This document shows positions 1 through 9,615 of a stretch of DNA of 64,000 bases, piece by piece. Numbering within the stretch: position 1 is the stretch's first letter; each line of letters starts with the position of its first letter. A program made the translations under genes and the position numbers. The stretch covers positions 195,494 to 259,493 of the forward strand of contig VRVR01000008.1 of the NCBI GenBank assembly GCA_009859145.1, read 5' to 3'. This stretch comes from Andalucia godoyi And28 (taxonomy: Eukaryota; Protista; Jakobida). The notes under the pieces are model-generated. The model was not told the origin of the DNA and made no database searches. It was given only the letters and a program-made list of their open reading frames with translations.

Positions 1-968
1 CAAGGAGGTGAGCAGCGTTATTGCTGAATTGGAGGCGCATGTTCAGCAAGTGCAGCGCAACCAAGCGAACGCCATCCAAGACTCGGAACGTGCTTTGCAC
101 GATGAGCACGAAAAGCACATGGAAGCTGTACAGCGATTGGAGTTGCTCGAAATGCAATTTGCGGAAAAGGTATGCACATCGTTTTTTTCCCCTTCCTTCA
201 CCATATCGCCTTTGTTTTGCTGGCACAGCTCTCTAACGTAGGGATGATTTCATTTTTTTGAGCATATTTTTGCAGAATGCCATTTGGCTTGCCAAAGACG
301 AGGAGATTGAAGAGCTGAAAATGTATGTTGCCTCTCTTCCTATGCAGCCGTCGATGGAATTGAAAGAGAAGGACGCACAGCTGTCTGTATTTCACGAGGA
401 GCTTTCCCGCATGGCCTCCGAATTGGACACTGAACGACGAAAATCCCAAACGGTAGAAGATGAACTGGTATTCCAGAAGTCCGAGAACGAGCGACTTCGA
501 TCGGATCTTTGTGTTTTGCATGACCGAGTTGCAGATATTCAGTCTCGGCTCTTGCGGAAGGCCGAGCTGAGTGCAGATGACAAGGAACTGGCTATCCGCG
601 AGCTCCATTCGCGAGTCGTCGGCCTTGAATCGGAGAATGACCTTCTACGGAAAACACTTGCTGCCCATCTTCCGTCGTCGGCCAAACAGTCGGCCAGTGT
701 CGATGTCCTCAAGGAGCGGGAAGCTCTGCTGTCTTCTGTGAACGACGAGCTTGTGGATGCCTTTAAAGTCGTCGAGCAGATCCTTGGAATGGTCAAAAGC
801 GCCCTTGAAAGTCCCGAGTTCTCGGAAGACATCGCCTTTGACAAGGCCAAACGAGGCGCGGCCATCACGGAGAATGCAAAAGCACTCCGAACCCTGTGTG
901 AAAAACTCCAGGCTTTTCTCGCGCAGAGATATGCCAGCCATCTTGAACAGGGCTGCATAGTCTCATAG
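1..968 (+). CDS. 3' part of a coiled-coil protein with a C-terminal CaaX motif; exons <1-169 and 276-968
   Basis: ORF 8-241 and ORF 258-968 join in frame through a GT-AG intron at 170-275 (AAG|gtatgc...ttgcag|AAT). Heptad-rich E/L/K sequence ending GCIVS*. Confidence 0.75.
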
Positions 969-1174
969 CCGCATTTCGTCAAATTTTTAATTGGTCTTCT
1001 TTATCGTTTTCGAGATCATCGTCCTCTTCACCTCTCATGTATCCGCTCCTTGTCGCAATTCCCATTTCTTGACGTGCGTTGGACATATTCATTGTACTGT
1101 TCCACGTTCTGGAGAAGTTCACACCAAAGCAACGTGACCATGCCGATATTTGGCTTGATCCACATACACATCCC

Positions 1175-1199
1175 AAACGAAACGAAACGAAACGAAACG
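1175..1199 (+). repeat. (AAACG)5 microsatellite
   Basis: Five perfect copies seen directly. Confidence 0.9.
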
Positions 1200-1997
1200 G
1201 AGTTCGGAATTCTTTGTCTATAAGGTGAAAACACTTCACGCCTGCAAGAAACGCCGGGTCAAAAAAAATTTAAATAAATAAATAAAGTAAACGAAGCATT
1301 CGGTGGAATGCGAAACAAAGAAGATTCTGCGAGGAGGCTTTCGTCTGCGGCATGTCGGCATCGCAAACATGCAGGAAGAACCAAAACCAAACAAGAAGAA
1401 AGCAGGGAAAACCCACATTTTAAACGTTTTGAATGTTTTTTGTATGGAGCTTTGTTCAGATTTGTATGTATTTTTGGGAGTCGTTTCTCCGAAGGGCGAG
1501 AACAAGCAACATGCATGAACGTACGCAAACAAGAAGCATACCAAAGGAAAATCCGGTTTTGTTCGCTTAACCAAGTCGTTCACAAGCTAATGCTTGGGGC
1601 ACTATTTAAAGTAGAAACCATAGTCGGTTTACATTTTCATCCTTTGTTCTTCTTCTCCTTATACCACGGGATGCCAGTGTACGTGCACACCCTGCCACGC
1701 TGCACACACCGCTAGGCGAATCCTGTACATATGCAATAAGACATATTGTGGCTTCGTGCTAAGTACCGCTGCCTCTTATTGCGATATGATGAAGCAATCT
1801 AAAGGGCATGTAAACAAAAAACACTGCCACGCGCCATGCCGCATGCGTTTGTTACCTTGGCAACTCCGTCACACGATGCCCGATTCGTTTCGCCCCCCCC
1901 CACCATTTTGATCATGAAATCCCTATACACACGCCGCCGCGTTGCATTCTCGCACAGCGACGCTCATTTCTTATTTTTATTTTTATTGTCCATGCAA

Positions 1998-2143
1998 CGC
2001 AACATCTATCTTGGGAACGTCGCTCATGCCGAGGGGCGTGTTGGGGCCTACCCCCTTCCCAATCATGCTGTGCATGTTGCTGGGTTGCAACATTGATTAT
2101 GGGTGGTCAGCGATGGTTATCCGTGGTTACTGTACAATGTAGG
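1998..2143 (+). mobile_element. Fanzor2/IS607-TnpB 3'-end remnant with putative omegaRNA scaffold (FzA)
   Basis: cgc aac atc tat ctt (RNIYL), then gcgtgttggggcctacccccttccc, hairpins at 2074-2093 and 2094-2109, and terminus TGTACAATGTAGG. Colinear with the 17.25-17.57 kb remnant. Confidence 0.8.
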
Positions 2144-2474
2144 CGTAGTTGTGAAGAGCAGGGCGTTGATGCTGACTGTAAAATAAAAAAAAGCCCCTTT
2201 GCGCCAAATAGTGTTTGCCTTGAAGGGTAATACTTGTTGCTTCGTTTGCTGCTGCTCCTTTCTCCAAACACGTCATTACACACTTTGCGCTTTCACGCTC
2301 AGTGCGATAAATAAAAAAAGACAGGAACGCAGCGGATCGAAGTCTGGCTCTCTGCTAGAGACAGACCGCAGGAAAAAAGAAAGGAAGAATAAAGGCTGCG
2401 AAAAGACTGCGAGAGATAGAGGAAAATAGAGAAACCACAGGCAAGAAGATAGCGCTGAATAAGAAGAGAAAGAG

Positions 2475-4334
2475 ATGCATCTGCAGCCTGCATTCCGTCC
2501 TTTGTTATGTTGTTTGTTGGCAAGTTTGGTAGTTTTGAATGGTGTTTCTCGTGTATGTGCAAATGACGAAGAGTTTGTGGCTGCGATCTGTGCTGAAGAA
2601 GAGCATCTTGAGGCCCGACTAATGCTGATGCTGTTTGGACTTCTTGCGATATCCTTGCTGATTGTCTACTTGCTTATTCGGTTTCATTTCCACTTTCTTC
2701 CAGAGTCGATTGCAATGATTGCCGTAGGTGCGCTTGCTGGACTTTTCGTGAAGCTGTCGAATTCTCACGAGGACATTGGTGCGCTTCGGCTATCTCCAGA
2801 GATATTTTTTATCTTTTTGCTGCCATCCATCATCTTCGAAGCCGGGTATGCGCTGGAAAAGAAGGACTTTTTCGGGAATATCGGGTCCATTGTTGTATAT
2901 GCCGTTTTGGGAACGGTGCTGTCGACCATCGTGATTGCGGTTGGCCTATATGCGTTTGGAACCTTCGGCGCTTCCGCTCCGCTTTCCATGCTGGACTGTT
3001 TGCTCTTTGGAGCCCTCATTTCTGCCGTGGATCCAGTCGCCACACTTGCCATCTTTTCGGCGCTCAATGTGAACCCGACTCTCCATTATCTTGTTTTTGG
3101 AGAATCGGTGGTGAACGATGCGGTGGCAATCGTGCTTTACAAGACGTTCGAGTACTTTGTTGACCACGAATTTTCGGCGCTTTCCATTTTGCTGGGTGTC
3201 TGGCAGTTCATCCTGCTGTTCTTTGGGTCCACCATTCTTGGAATCGCAGTTGGCTTCCTCAGTGCGCTGTTTTTCAAGTACGTTGCGATGAGAGACCACT
3301 TGGTGCTCGCGTTGTCCATGCTGACCGTCCAGGCATACATGGGATATTTGCTCGCGGAGGCAATCTCCCTTTCCGGAATCATGTGTGTGCTGTCGTCGGG
3401 AATTCTCATGTCGTACTATGTGCGACCAAACTTGACTGAAGAGCTGTCTGTGATGTCTGCTCGTGTATTCAAAATGTTCGCGTTCATTTCCGAGTCGTTT
3501 GTTTTCTTGTACCTTGGATTTGCGATCTTCGTTTTTGAACACAAGGTTCACTACGGCCTTATCTTCTGGGGCATCGTATTTTGCTTGCTGGGCCGTGCCG
3601 CAAACATTTATCCGCTTTCGTTGCTTCTTAACAGAGGCCGGACGAACAAAATCTCGGCAAAGAATCAGTTTGTCATGTTCCTTGCTGGCCTTCGTGGCGC
3701 CATCGCATTCGCTCTCGCTATTGGACTCGTGGGGCCGAAATCTCCTGTATCGGATGGCAAAATGATCTTCACAACAACACTGGCCATCGTGATGTTCACG
3801 ATTGTCGTGTTTGGTGGATCCACGCTACCCTTGCTCAAATGGCTCAAGGTTGAGCCCAAGGTGACCATGTCAAAAATGGAAGAGTTTGAAAACGTCACTT
3901 CTGCACAGGAGTACTGGAGTCAGGTCATGCGCAATCGACAGCAGCAGGGGAGAAATTGGCTTGTGCGGCTGGATGAGAAGTATTTGAGACTGTGGTTTTC
4001 GAGATCCGATGCGCTTCCCCCCACTGTTGTCCGCGAACAGACCGAGCTGTCCCGACTGGACTCGTACTGGCATGTGAATGATCCAGAAGATCATGACCAG
4101 GCGAATCTTATCGGCGCATCGGTCGCTACTGCGGATTCCAATCGGGGTGGTAGCATGGCTCCAGGGTCCCCACAACACCACGATGATTCCCCTGTGCACC
4201 GATCGGCCTCGCTGTCCCCAGGTCAGATGGAAGTCGTCCACATCTTGGACGACATGGTTCGCGACCCAATTTATGCATCTAAGCTTGCACAAGCTGTGGA
4301 GCTCTTCAAGAACGTCCATGCCCATGCAAAGTGA
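2475..4334 (+). CDS. SLC9A8: Na+/H+ exchanger, NHE8-like (CPA1 family)
   Basis: 619-aa multi-TM ORF with FFIFLLPSIIFEAGY, FGALISAVDPVATLAIF, LVFGESVVNDAVAIVL and AGLRGAIAFALA motifs. Confidence 0.9.
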   Translation: MHLQPAFRPLLCCLLASLVVLNGVSRVCANDEEFVAAICAEEEHLEARLMLMLFGLLAISLLIVYLLIRFHFHFLPESIAMIAVGALAGLFVKLSNSHEDIGALRLSPEIFFIFLLPSIIFEAGYALEKKDFFGNIGSIVVYAVLGTVLSTIVIAVGLYAFGTFGASAPLSMLDCLLFGALISAVDPVATLAIFSALNVNPTLHYLVFGESVVNDAVAIVLYKTFEYFVDHEFSALSILLGVWQFILLFFGSTILGIAVGFLSALFFKYVAMRDHLVLALSMLTVQAYMGYLLAEAISLSGIMCVLSSGILMSYYVRPNLTEELSVMSARVFKMFAFISESFVFLYLGFAIFVFEHKVHYGLIFWGIVFCLLGRAANIYPLSLLLNRGRTNKISAKNQFVMFLAGLRGAIAFALAIGLVGPKSPVSDGKMIFTTTLAIVMFTIVVFGGSTLPLLKWLKVEPKVTMSKMEEFENVTSAQEYWSQVMRNRQQQGRNWLVRLDEKYLRLWFSRSDALPPTVVREQTELSRLDSYWHVNDPEDHDQANLIGASVATADSNRGGSMAPGSPQHHDDSPVHRSASLSPGQMEVVHILDDMVRDPIYASKLAQAVELFKNVHAHAK

Positions 4335-4535
4335 GAGCACAGGCGCCGAGTTTGGAAGCTGATTGTTCGGTTTTCATGTTTTTATCTTTTCTTGTTTGAT
4401 GAGTTTTTGTTTGGTTTGTCCGCTTCAACCTTGATGAAAATATTCTTAGCCGGGTTGTTTTTTTATTTTTTATTCCTCTTTTTCCCGGATTGCTCGTTCC
4501 AAATATTCTACACCACAACAGTGTTGTGGGAGTGA

Positions 4536-6701
4536 TCATCTGCCAAACAACCGATCCGAGACGTCGCGATCGCAGAACAGACAAAACACTTTCTCATGAT
4601 CTGGGAAAAAAGGATGACGTCTGTTCTCATCCAGACAGATGCGCAAACGCCGTGCGCCGCAGCGCGAACAACCCGCTGGCAAAACTTGCAAGACCTTCAC
4701 AGTCTCTGGGAAGAAGAAGGGTTTTCCAGGACAGTTTGTCCCCGGAGCACACGCAGATATATAAAATTGATTCTTCTTGGACAGCCTTGTTTTGTACGGT
4801 CGATTGCAAGTCGCACAGTTACGATGCAATGAGGACGACACAAATGCATCATGGTCAATTGCAAAGTATCGTGCAAGCACGTCATCCAGCACGCCTTCTT
4901 TCTGGAGAGCCGACAAAAAAGCCGCTTTGTACATTCTGACCGCTTCCGCAAGTGCCACGTCCTTCACCAGCCGTCCCTGCGCGACAAGCCGCATATCGCT
5001 CTCCATTTTGGCTCGCAGAAACGGCTTCCACAACGGCGTCAAGTCCATTTCTCGATAAGCCTCCACCAGCGCTTTTCCTAGAGGTGTCGCTGCAAACGTG
5101 GTGCCATTCTTCGTAACATATCCTCGGTTTTGAACTTGTTGAATATGCGACGCAATGGTGGCATCCGTGCCTATTCCGTTTGAATCCATCGTGGAAATCA
5201 AGTCGGCTTCGGACAAGAGCGGAGGAGGTGCGGTGCGCCCTTCCGTCATCAAAAGATTTGTTGGAGTAAACCGCTGCCCCTGCTCGAAAGCAGGCATGAC
5301 TCGATTGCTCCATGATTCATAGATGTACACTTCGAGAAAGTTTCGCTGCTCAATGATCAGTCCGGAGGCAGAGAATGTCTCGGTATCGGCAACGATGCAC
5401 TGCACAACCGTCTCGCTTCCAATGGCATCTTGTGAACAGCATGCTAGGAAATGCCGAGTGACAAGCTCGTAGACTTTGCGTTCATTATCGTTCTCGAAAT
5501 CCGTTGTGAACTTGGTTGGATGAATCGGAGGATGAGCATTGTCGTTTGAGCGGCCTTCCCGTGGACGAATGAACTTTCCACCGTCCACGAGTCCGGAAGC
5601 ATATCCCCCCCATTGGTCCGATTCGAACTGCAACGCAACGAGGGTCTTGATTTCGTCATCGGAAATAGTATCCCGAACAAACAAATCCGTTTCTGTTCTC
5701 GGATATGACAAAATACCCTTCTGATACAGTGCTTCGGCCACGTGCATCGCATCTTCACCAGACATTTGCAATTTTCTCGAAGCAAGCTTTTGAAATTCGA
5801 CGGTGTTCAGCGGCAGTGGTCTCCATTTTCGAGCCTGTTTCTTGTGGACAGACTGAACAACTGTTTCCGGGGCTCTCATGCAGCGATCATACAGGACAAA
5901 ACACGTGAGGCGGTCGAAGAGCCTACCACGGCTCCATGCAAAATGGACCGTGTCCAACTTCATGTCGATAGAGTAAAATGTTTCTGGTCGAAATGTCTCA
6001 ATCTTATGCTGCCGCTCCACCACAAATCCAAGAGTTGGGAACTGACACGGGCCATAGGAATAAATAACGCGCCGTCCGTTTTCCTCTCTTCGCAACCCAG
6101 GGAACTTTTGCTGCAAATGATCCGTCATCCATCTTGTAAACGCAGCTCCGATTCTCAAATCAACTTCCTGTCGAAACGCTACTGCATCGGCTTCATTCTT
6201 ATTCGGTTGTACCAAATTCAGAAACGCTCGATTGATATCCCGGGGTGTGAACGACGAAAATCGTGCGCGGAGAACATGAAACGGCCGACTTCTGCGTTCC
6301 TTTTGGCAAATTCCGATAATCTCAAATCCTATTGCCTCGCCCTCCCTATCACAATCCGTCCAAATGACAAGCGTGTCCATATCTTTGCATTCCTTTTGCA
6401 GAGTGGTGATGATGTCCCGATGGTCTTCCGCAATAGTCTCCACAACAGGCGCAGAAAACGCTTCTACAGATTCGCATCTTCCCCATCCATATTCATCCGG
6501 GAAATCAAGACCGCAAACGTGACCTCTGACAGAAGTAAACCGCATCGTCACTGATCCAAGCTGCGGATGCGTCGACTCGAATTCCATCGTTGCAACGCGA
6601 CCCACGCTGCGATTTGAAACTCGAGCATTTTGCGATAGAATATTTACAATTTCTCGAGCCGCCGATGGCTTCTCGGCAACATTCAGAACAATTCGCCCCA
6701 T
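4536..6701 (-). CDS. TOP3A: DNA topoisomerase III alpha (type IA)
   Basis: Likely start MGRIVLNVAEKPSAA at 6701. TOPRIM (VAEKPS, WTDCDREGEAIG), SYGPCQFPTLGFVV, catalytic LSYPRTET, GIGTDAT and C-terminal Cys clusters. Confidence 0.93.
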   Translation of the reverse strand: MGRIVLNVAEKPSAAREIVNILSQNARVSNRSVGRVATMEFESTHPQLGSVTMRFTSVRGHVCGLDFPDEYGWGRCESVEAFSAPVVETIAEDHRDIITTLQKECKDMDTLVIWTDCDREGEAIGFEIIGICQKERRSRPFHVLRARFSSFTPRDINRAFLNLVQPNKNEADAVAFRQEVDLRIGAAFTRWMTDHLQQKFPGLRREENGRRVIYSYGPCQFPTLGFVVERQHKIETFRPETFYSIDMKLDTVHFAWSRGRLFDRLTCFVLYDRCMRAPETVVQSVHKKQARKWRPLPLNTVEFQKLASRKLQMSGEDAMHVAEALYQKGILSYPRTETDLFVRDTISDDEIKTLVALQFESDQWGGYASGLVDGGKFIRPREGRSNDNAHPPIHPTKFTTDFENDNERKVYELVTRHFLACCSQDAIGSETVVQCIVADTETFSASGLIIEQRNFLEVYIYESWSNRVMPAFEQGQRFTPTNLLMTEGRTAPPPLLSEADLISTMDSNGIGTDATIASHIQQVQNRGYVTKNGTTFAATPLGKALVEAYREMDLTPLWKPFLRAKMESDMRLVAQGRLVKDVALAEAVRMYKAAFLSALQKEGVLDDVLARYFAIDHDAFVSSSLHRNCATCNRPYKTRLSKKNQFYISACAPGTNCPGKPFFFPETVKVLQVLPAGCSRCGARRLRICLDENRRHPFFPDHEKVFCLFCDRDVSDRLFGR

Positions 6702-7069
6702 AATAATATTCTGCACATCGAACAGCCCCAACTCGTTCACTGACCGCGTATTTTTGTAATGGGGGTTTTCCTTTAAATTATATATATATGCATATATATT
6801 CACACAAATAAAAGACAGACACAGACACAGAGACGCAGTAAAAGAGTGCGACTGTGCGCGTGCGACTGTGCGCGTGTGTGTCGGGGGAGAATATTTGGAG
6901 ATTTTCCCGCGAAATGAAGAACGGCAGGTGAACTGACTGTGTTTTTCGGATGGTCGAGAAAAGAAAGACCCTGTGCACAAACTTCGAGCTGCAGCTTCGC
7001 GCTTCCCCCCACCCCCACCCCATCCCCTGGGAAAGCGACGGATCACGTTCCGCTTGCGAAAATTCGCAG

Positions 7070-7159
7070 ACGCCGAGGGATGGCTTTGAAACGACAAGCG
7101 GCCGACATTGAGGATGCATCCTCAGCCGGTGGCCATGGATAATCTGTGTACAATGCAGG
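7070..7159 (+). mobile_element. Fanzor-type right-end remnant (FzB), internally deleted
   Basis: gccgaggg is shared with FzA, followed by ACATTGA-hairpin-TCAGC (16-bp palindrome TGAGGATGCATCCTCA at 7109-7124) and terminus TGTACAATGCAGG at 7147-7159. Confidence 0.65.
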
Positions 7160-7481
7160 TGATACTCACAGACGGATGTTCTTGGTCTCTCGCGTATAGT
7201 TGGGCACTGTGCATTCCGCAACATTTCTTACCGGACGGCGGGGATCGTGACTGGGACCGGGTGAGAAGTGAGTAGTGCTCGCAGCGTTTTTACTGAAACA
7301 CGATGGTGACAAAAGTGGGCTGCATTTGAAAAATCAAAAACGCAAAACCAATCATCACACCAACAACATCAGTGATGATGATGACGACAATAATAATAAT
7401 AATGGTAGTAATAATCATTCTCATTATCGCAAGAACAAGAACAATGACGATCAGCCGTTTAAAAAAATGATATATATGGAC

Positions 7482-9506
7482 TTAGACTACGGAAATTGCA
7501 GAACTCGACAATGTGATCGACGCGGTGCAAGAACTCGTGCTTGCTCCAAAAAGGAGTTTCGTGTCCGAGGTGAACAGCAACGGGTCAACGTACCGTCGAT
7601 TCAAGAAATAGCGATTGATGAACCGAACCATGCCCAAGGACATGAGAGACCAGAAGAAGAAAAAGAACATCAGCAACAGAAGCAACGATGCATTGTCCAA
7701 TTGGTGTTTTGCAATGCCATAAAACACACCGGATAATACTCCCAGAACAAGCCATCGAACCGCATTATCTTCCGTCGCAGAGAGAGAGAAGCGGATTCCC
7801 AGAAGACATGCGCTGTGATGGGACACCGCAATCCTGTGCATGAAAAACTGATGAACGACAAACGCAAAGAATGCAATGGAGAATGTCCATCCAAAGACGA
7901 CTCCCAGTGTGACGCATATTCCCATTGTGCAGCAAAACGCTAGAAGCGAATAGCACACAATCAAAAAAGACTGCTGCTCCGTCTTGGAATCCATCAATCG
8001 GTGTTCTTTGCCACCAAGGGACACCCGTTCGTGAATTTGATGAACGATCCAATTGAAGAGCGGGCCAACGAGGAACAAGATGTAATCCGAGAAGGACTCT
8101 CGATCTTCCTCGTAATAAGTTGGGAACAAGCGTGTCTTTGAAAAAGGCATTTCCACGCTCTTGTTATGAAGTCGGCGAGAGAGGTCGTCTGGTGCCGAAT
8201 AGAGTGCTGCATACTTGTGCAACTTCTGCGGATCCAGCGCAGGATTCTTCACGACAGGCGGGAGATAAGAATGCGGATCTATACCAAACGAGCAATCCTC
8301 GATACAAAGAACTGCATGTGAGTATCGCAATTTGGGAATCAATCCAAACAGCCGACGAAACAGGCGCTCTAAAACATGCTGCTTCGCAGGAAGGATGTAT
8401 CCAATGGCAAAGTACAGGTCTCGCGGCATGAAGTACGCGTTCAGCAAATCCACGATTTCCTGCAATCGATAGTGCCTCTTTCTGTCCTTCGTTCCGTGAT
8501 ATCGAACACTGATTGCATTTGTCAGTCGCTCCCATTCATAGTCCGTAATTCGGTCCCGAAGGCCGGCGAACGGAACCCTTTGAATTTCCGACTTCCCAGC
8601 AGGAACAGGCCAACAATAGCATGGAAAACTCTGTTGCCCCTCAATGAAAAATTCCATGTAGACACGCGAAATTAAAAGAGACGGTGTATAGCGTGTCTTC
8701 GACCGCACATACGGAGGGAAAAAGTGAGAAGAAAGATGCGAATCCAAAGATTTTAGACGCGAAATCCGGTGAGCCCACAGAGACACTGCCCACAGAGGAA
8801 TGTTCGAGAACCCAATCAAGATACCAACCGCATAAGCCTGAAATGCCAGCGGAAGCACGGTGACGCTCACAGAAACAAGAACCAGACACGCAACGACACG
8901 CAATCGTATTCGCAAATGTTGAGAAACAATTATTTGCATGTCTGAAAACCACTGCGAAGAAAACGTTTGGTCTTCCTCTCGTCCCAAAACTGTTGACAGC
9001 AACGGATACAACTCGGTGGTTCGAAGTCGAAAAGACGAGTCAAAGAAGGCGACAAAGGAACAGAAGGATTGGTGCGCATTTCGAAGAAGAGAATCTCGAA
9101 CGGAACCAGAAGAGACGCCTTGGTGTGGTTGTTCCTGCAATAGCTGAATATCAGCATCATCATAATCCGCAGATCGGTATCGAGAATGCAACCATAAATA
9201 AATGCAAAGCAGCAAGTATAGAGTCAGTGAAATAGACACAAATCCAGCAAACACATATTCCCACTGAACGTTGTGCAGCGAACCAAGGTAGATGAATAAG
9301 TCAACCGTGTCTTCGTTTGAGCCCATTTCTGTCTGCGTTCGGACGCTTTTCTCTGTGTTGTTGTTGTTGCTGCTGGTGTTGTTGTGATTCCTTTGGTTAT
9401 TCGTGCATGACGAGAGAATGTTGGGAGAAGAAATCTCAAAATGAGAAGCACTGCTGGCATGCTTTGGCTGCGGAGAGGTCGGATCCGGAGCATTGCTGAC
9501 ATGCAT
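7482..9506 (-). CDS. Uncharacterised multi-pass membrane protein
   Basis: Long uninterrupted ORF with several hydrophobic segments. First ATG at 9506, alternative start MGSNED at 9326. No family recognised. Confidence 0.75.
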   Translation of the reverse strand: MHVSNAPDPTSPQPKHASSASHFEISSPNILSSCTNNQRNHNNTSSNNNNTEKSVRTQTEMGSNEDTVDLFIYLGSLHNVQWEYVFAGFVSISLTLYLLLCIYLWLHSRYRSADYDDADIQLLQEQPHQGVSSGSVRDSLLRNAHQSFCSFVAFFDSSFRLRTTELYPLLSTVLGREEDQTFSSQWFSDMQIIVSQHLRIRLRVVACLVLVSVSVTVLPLAFQAYAVGILIGFSNIPLWAVSLWAHRISRLKSLDSHLSSHFFPPYVRSKTRYTPSLLISRVYMEFFIEGQQSFPCYCWPVPAGKSEIQRVPFAGLRDRITDYEWERLTNAISVRYHGTKDRKRHYRLQEIVDLLNAYFMPRDLYFAIGYILPAKQHVLERLFRRLFGLIPKLRYSHAVLCIEDCSFGIDPHSYLPPVVKNPALDPQKLHKYAALYSAPDDLSRRLHNKSVEMPFSKTRLFPTYYEEDRESFSDYILFLVGPLFNWIVHQIHERVSLGGKEHRLMDSKTEQQSFLIVCYSLLAFCCTMGICVTLGVVFGWTFSIAFFAFVVHQFFMHRIAVSHHSACLLGIRFSLSATEDNAVRWLVLGVLSGVFYGIAKHQLDNASLLLLLMFFFFFWSLMSLGMVRFINRYFLNRRYVDPLLFTSDTKLLFGASTSSCTASITLSSSAISVV

Positions 9507-9615
9507 CCGTAGTCTGTACAACAAAACGCACAAAACGTACAGTGCATGGGAATATCTAGCAAGGATGGGACATATTTATTTATTTTATTTATTTTTTTAA
9601 TCATTCATTCATCCA

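Noticed and set aside
979-1420. Small spliced minus-strand gene (acceptor-like ttcttgcag near 1240, acidic C-terminus)
   Set aside because: No consistent exon chain or recognisable family could be built. It is possible but unsupported without RNA-seq.
1784-1832. snoRNA (box C ATGATGA or H-box ATATGA)
   Set aside because: No box D within range and no second hairpin before an ACA.
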